From contig LSRY02000042.1 in assembly GCA_001643675.2 (NCBI GenBank), positions 558,001-622,000 on the forward strand: a stretch of 64,000 nt of DNA. The letters run 5' to 3'. Each line of letters starts with the position of its first letter. The first letter of the stretch is position 1. The notes beneath the pieces were generated by a model that saw only the letters and a program-made list of their open reading frames with translations, did no database searches and was not told the origin of the DNA. This DNA is from Monocercomonoides exilis PA203. Its lineage: Eukaryota; Protista; Preaxostyla. A program made the translations under genes and the position numbers. Positions 62,230 to 64,000 of this stretch are shown here, one piece after another.

Positions 62230-64000
62230 CTCACTCTTTCATTTCACAACCGTCAGCAGAAATCTTCTTCATCTTCTTATGAATCTGTTGTAAATTTGCA
62301 TATTGCAAGTTCTTTCTCAAAGGCTTTCAGAAATCTGCGACAAATTTGAGACACAAAAAAAGGTGTAAAATTATTAAAATATAAAGAAAAACAAATTGCA
62401 AACCATCAATGTTTGATAGAATTTTTGTTCAATCCCACTTGTACAAGCTGTATTTACTTCCATGAAATGTTATTATTCATTTTGAGCGACATAAAATTCC
62501 TATTAATAAAAAACTTCAATGATAATCGCTGTTTTTGTTTATTCTTTAAAAGAATAAAATAAACCATTAACAATTCACTGGTCAGTAATTGAATGATAGT
62601 TAAAGCAAATATAACTCTTTTTCATTGAGAATTTTATATTTTTTTATTTTGATCAACAAATCAAATATATAATTTTTTGCTTCAAACATTTTCTTTTCAT
62701 GAAGAAGATTGCAATTAACAGATAAGCATTTTCGTTATAATTTTAATCTTTTCATAAAAATAATGGTAACGGAATGATTATATATTAACTGCCATGGGTC
62801 ATGTTTTTGATCTGATGTCACTTTTCAAAAAAATTTAGCCATATTATTTTTCGACGAAACCTATTTTTATAATAAAGTATTGTCTGTTGAAATGAATGTT
62901 ATTATCAAATGCCAAAAGGATTCAAAAAAGAGGGAAAAAAAAACAAATAAATGGAAGATGAAGAGATTGAACCAAAATGGAAAAAGAAAGTGAAGAAGAA
63001 GGGGAAGGAATCAATTCAAACAAAAAATGGATGCTTGTCAAAGGAAAGGACAGAGACAAAAAAAGAAGTTGTTCCTCATGAAAGGAGTGATTTCAAAAAG
63101 CAAACGTTGTTCAAGATGTGATGTGCTCCTAAAAAGAAGTGAATGTGTTTCATGCAATGGAGTGTATTTGACTTTGTTAGAATAAATGAATATTTTATTC
63201 AAACATGACACTGAAATCGTCGTTATCAATTGAAACTGCAAGGATTATTCCAGTGCGAACAATGATTTTTGAAACTTATCCATTTGTTGGAAGCACTTCC
63301 AACATGTGCAATCATCCTTCATTCGTCAGATAGAGTTTCTGATTATTCGATAGGAAGAGAACAAGGAAGTGGAAGGTTGTTGAAAGCTCTTGAAGAAAAA
63401 GTATCAAACGATGATAAATGTGAAGATGGTTGCTTTTTTTTTGCAAAAATGATCTGGCAAGAAAAAGCGAACATCCATTTAACACGCATTTCTTCTTTCT
63501 TCTTTCATTTCGATCCTCAAACCATCTTCATTACAATTTTGTAAATGAACAAGCTTTCCCTGTTCTGTTCCTCACATTTGATTATCATTTGATTGCTTCA
63601 TCTTCTTCAGAAAAGAGAGAGAATCACCACAGATCAGTCGAAGTCAATTGGTCTTCGTTCACTCCAAAACAATTCTTTTTCGAGCTTCTCCAATCTCTTT
63701 TCCACGAATTGTCATCAAGAAAACAGGGCAAATTAAAAGAATATCGGAACTTTCAAATTATGATTATTCTTGTTTCTATTGATTTCTTTTGTGTTTATAA
63801 AGTATTTAAATGAGAAAAAAGCTGTCGGAAAACGTTTCAAAAAACTTACAATAATTTTTTATTCAAGCTGATCAAATGAAAATTTTTGCTTATTCATCAG
63901 AATAATTAGAAGCACCCTCTCCGTCATCAACGCTGTTTGAATCTTCTTCTTTTTCATCATCACGCGGTCCATGCAGTATATCGTCAGCATCAGGAATTTC

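Overview
AT-rich, intron-rich eukaryotic DNA in the standard genetic code, with TAA, TAG and TGA all used as stops. The gene families and poly-Ser style suggest an oxymonad such as Monocercomonoides; this is inference. Conserved genes are an S9/DPP5-type peptidase, S-adenosylmethionine synthetase (MAT), CFAP20/BUG22, a bacterial-type class I aminotransferase with 7 introns, and a ~5,900-aa poly-Ser-inflated probable EPG5 homolog. Lineage-specific families include a 2732-aa beta-helix/TM/pseudokinase receptor and a fragment of it, a helical-repeat family and several pseudogenes. Mobile DNA comprises an apparently intact intron-containing pogo/Fot1-like DD35D transposon that splits a host gene, a 1.3-kb non-autonomous TIR element, a related solo TIR, and a decayed ~6-kb DIRS-type tyrosine-recombinase retrotransposon with recognisable ITRs and an internal complementary region. 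The most unexplained signal is a ~210-nt highly structured non-coding segment just downstream of the MAT stop codon.
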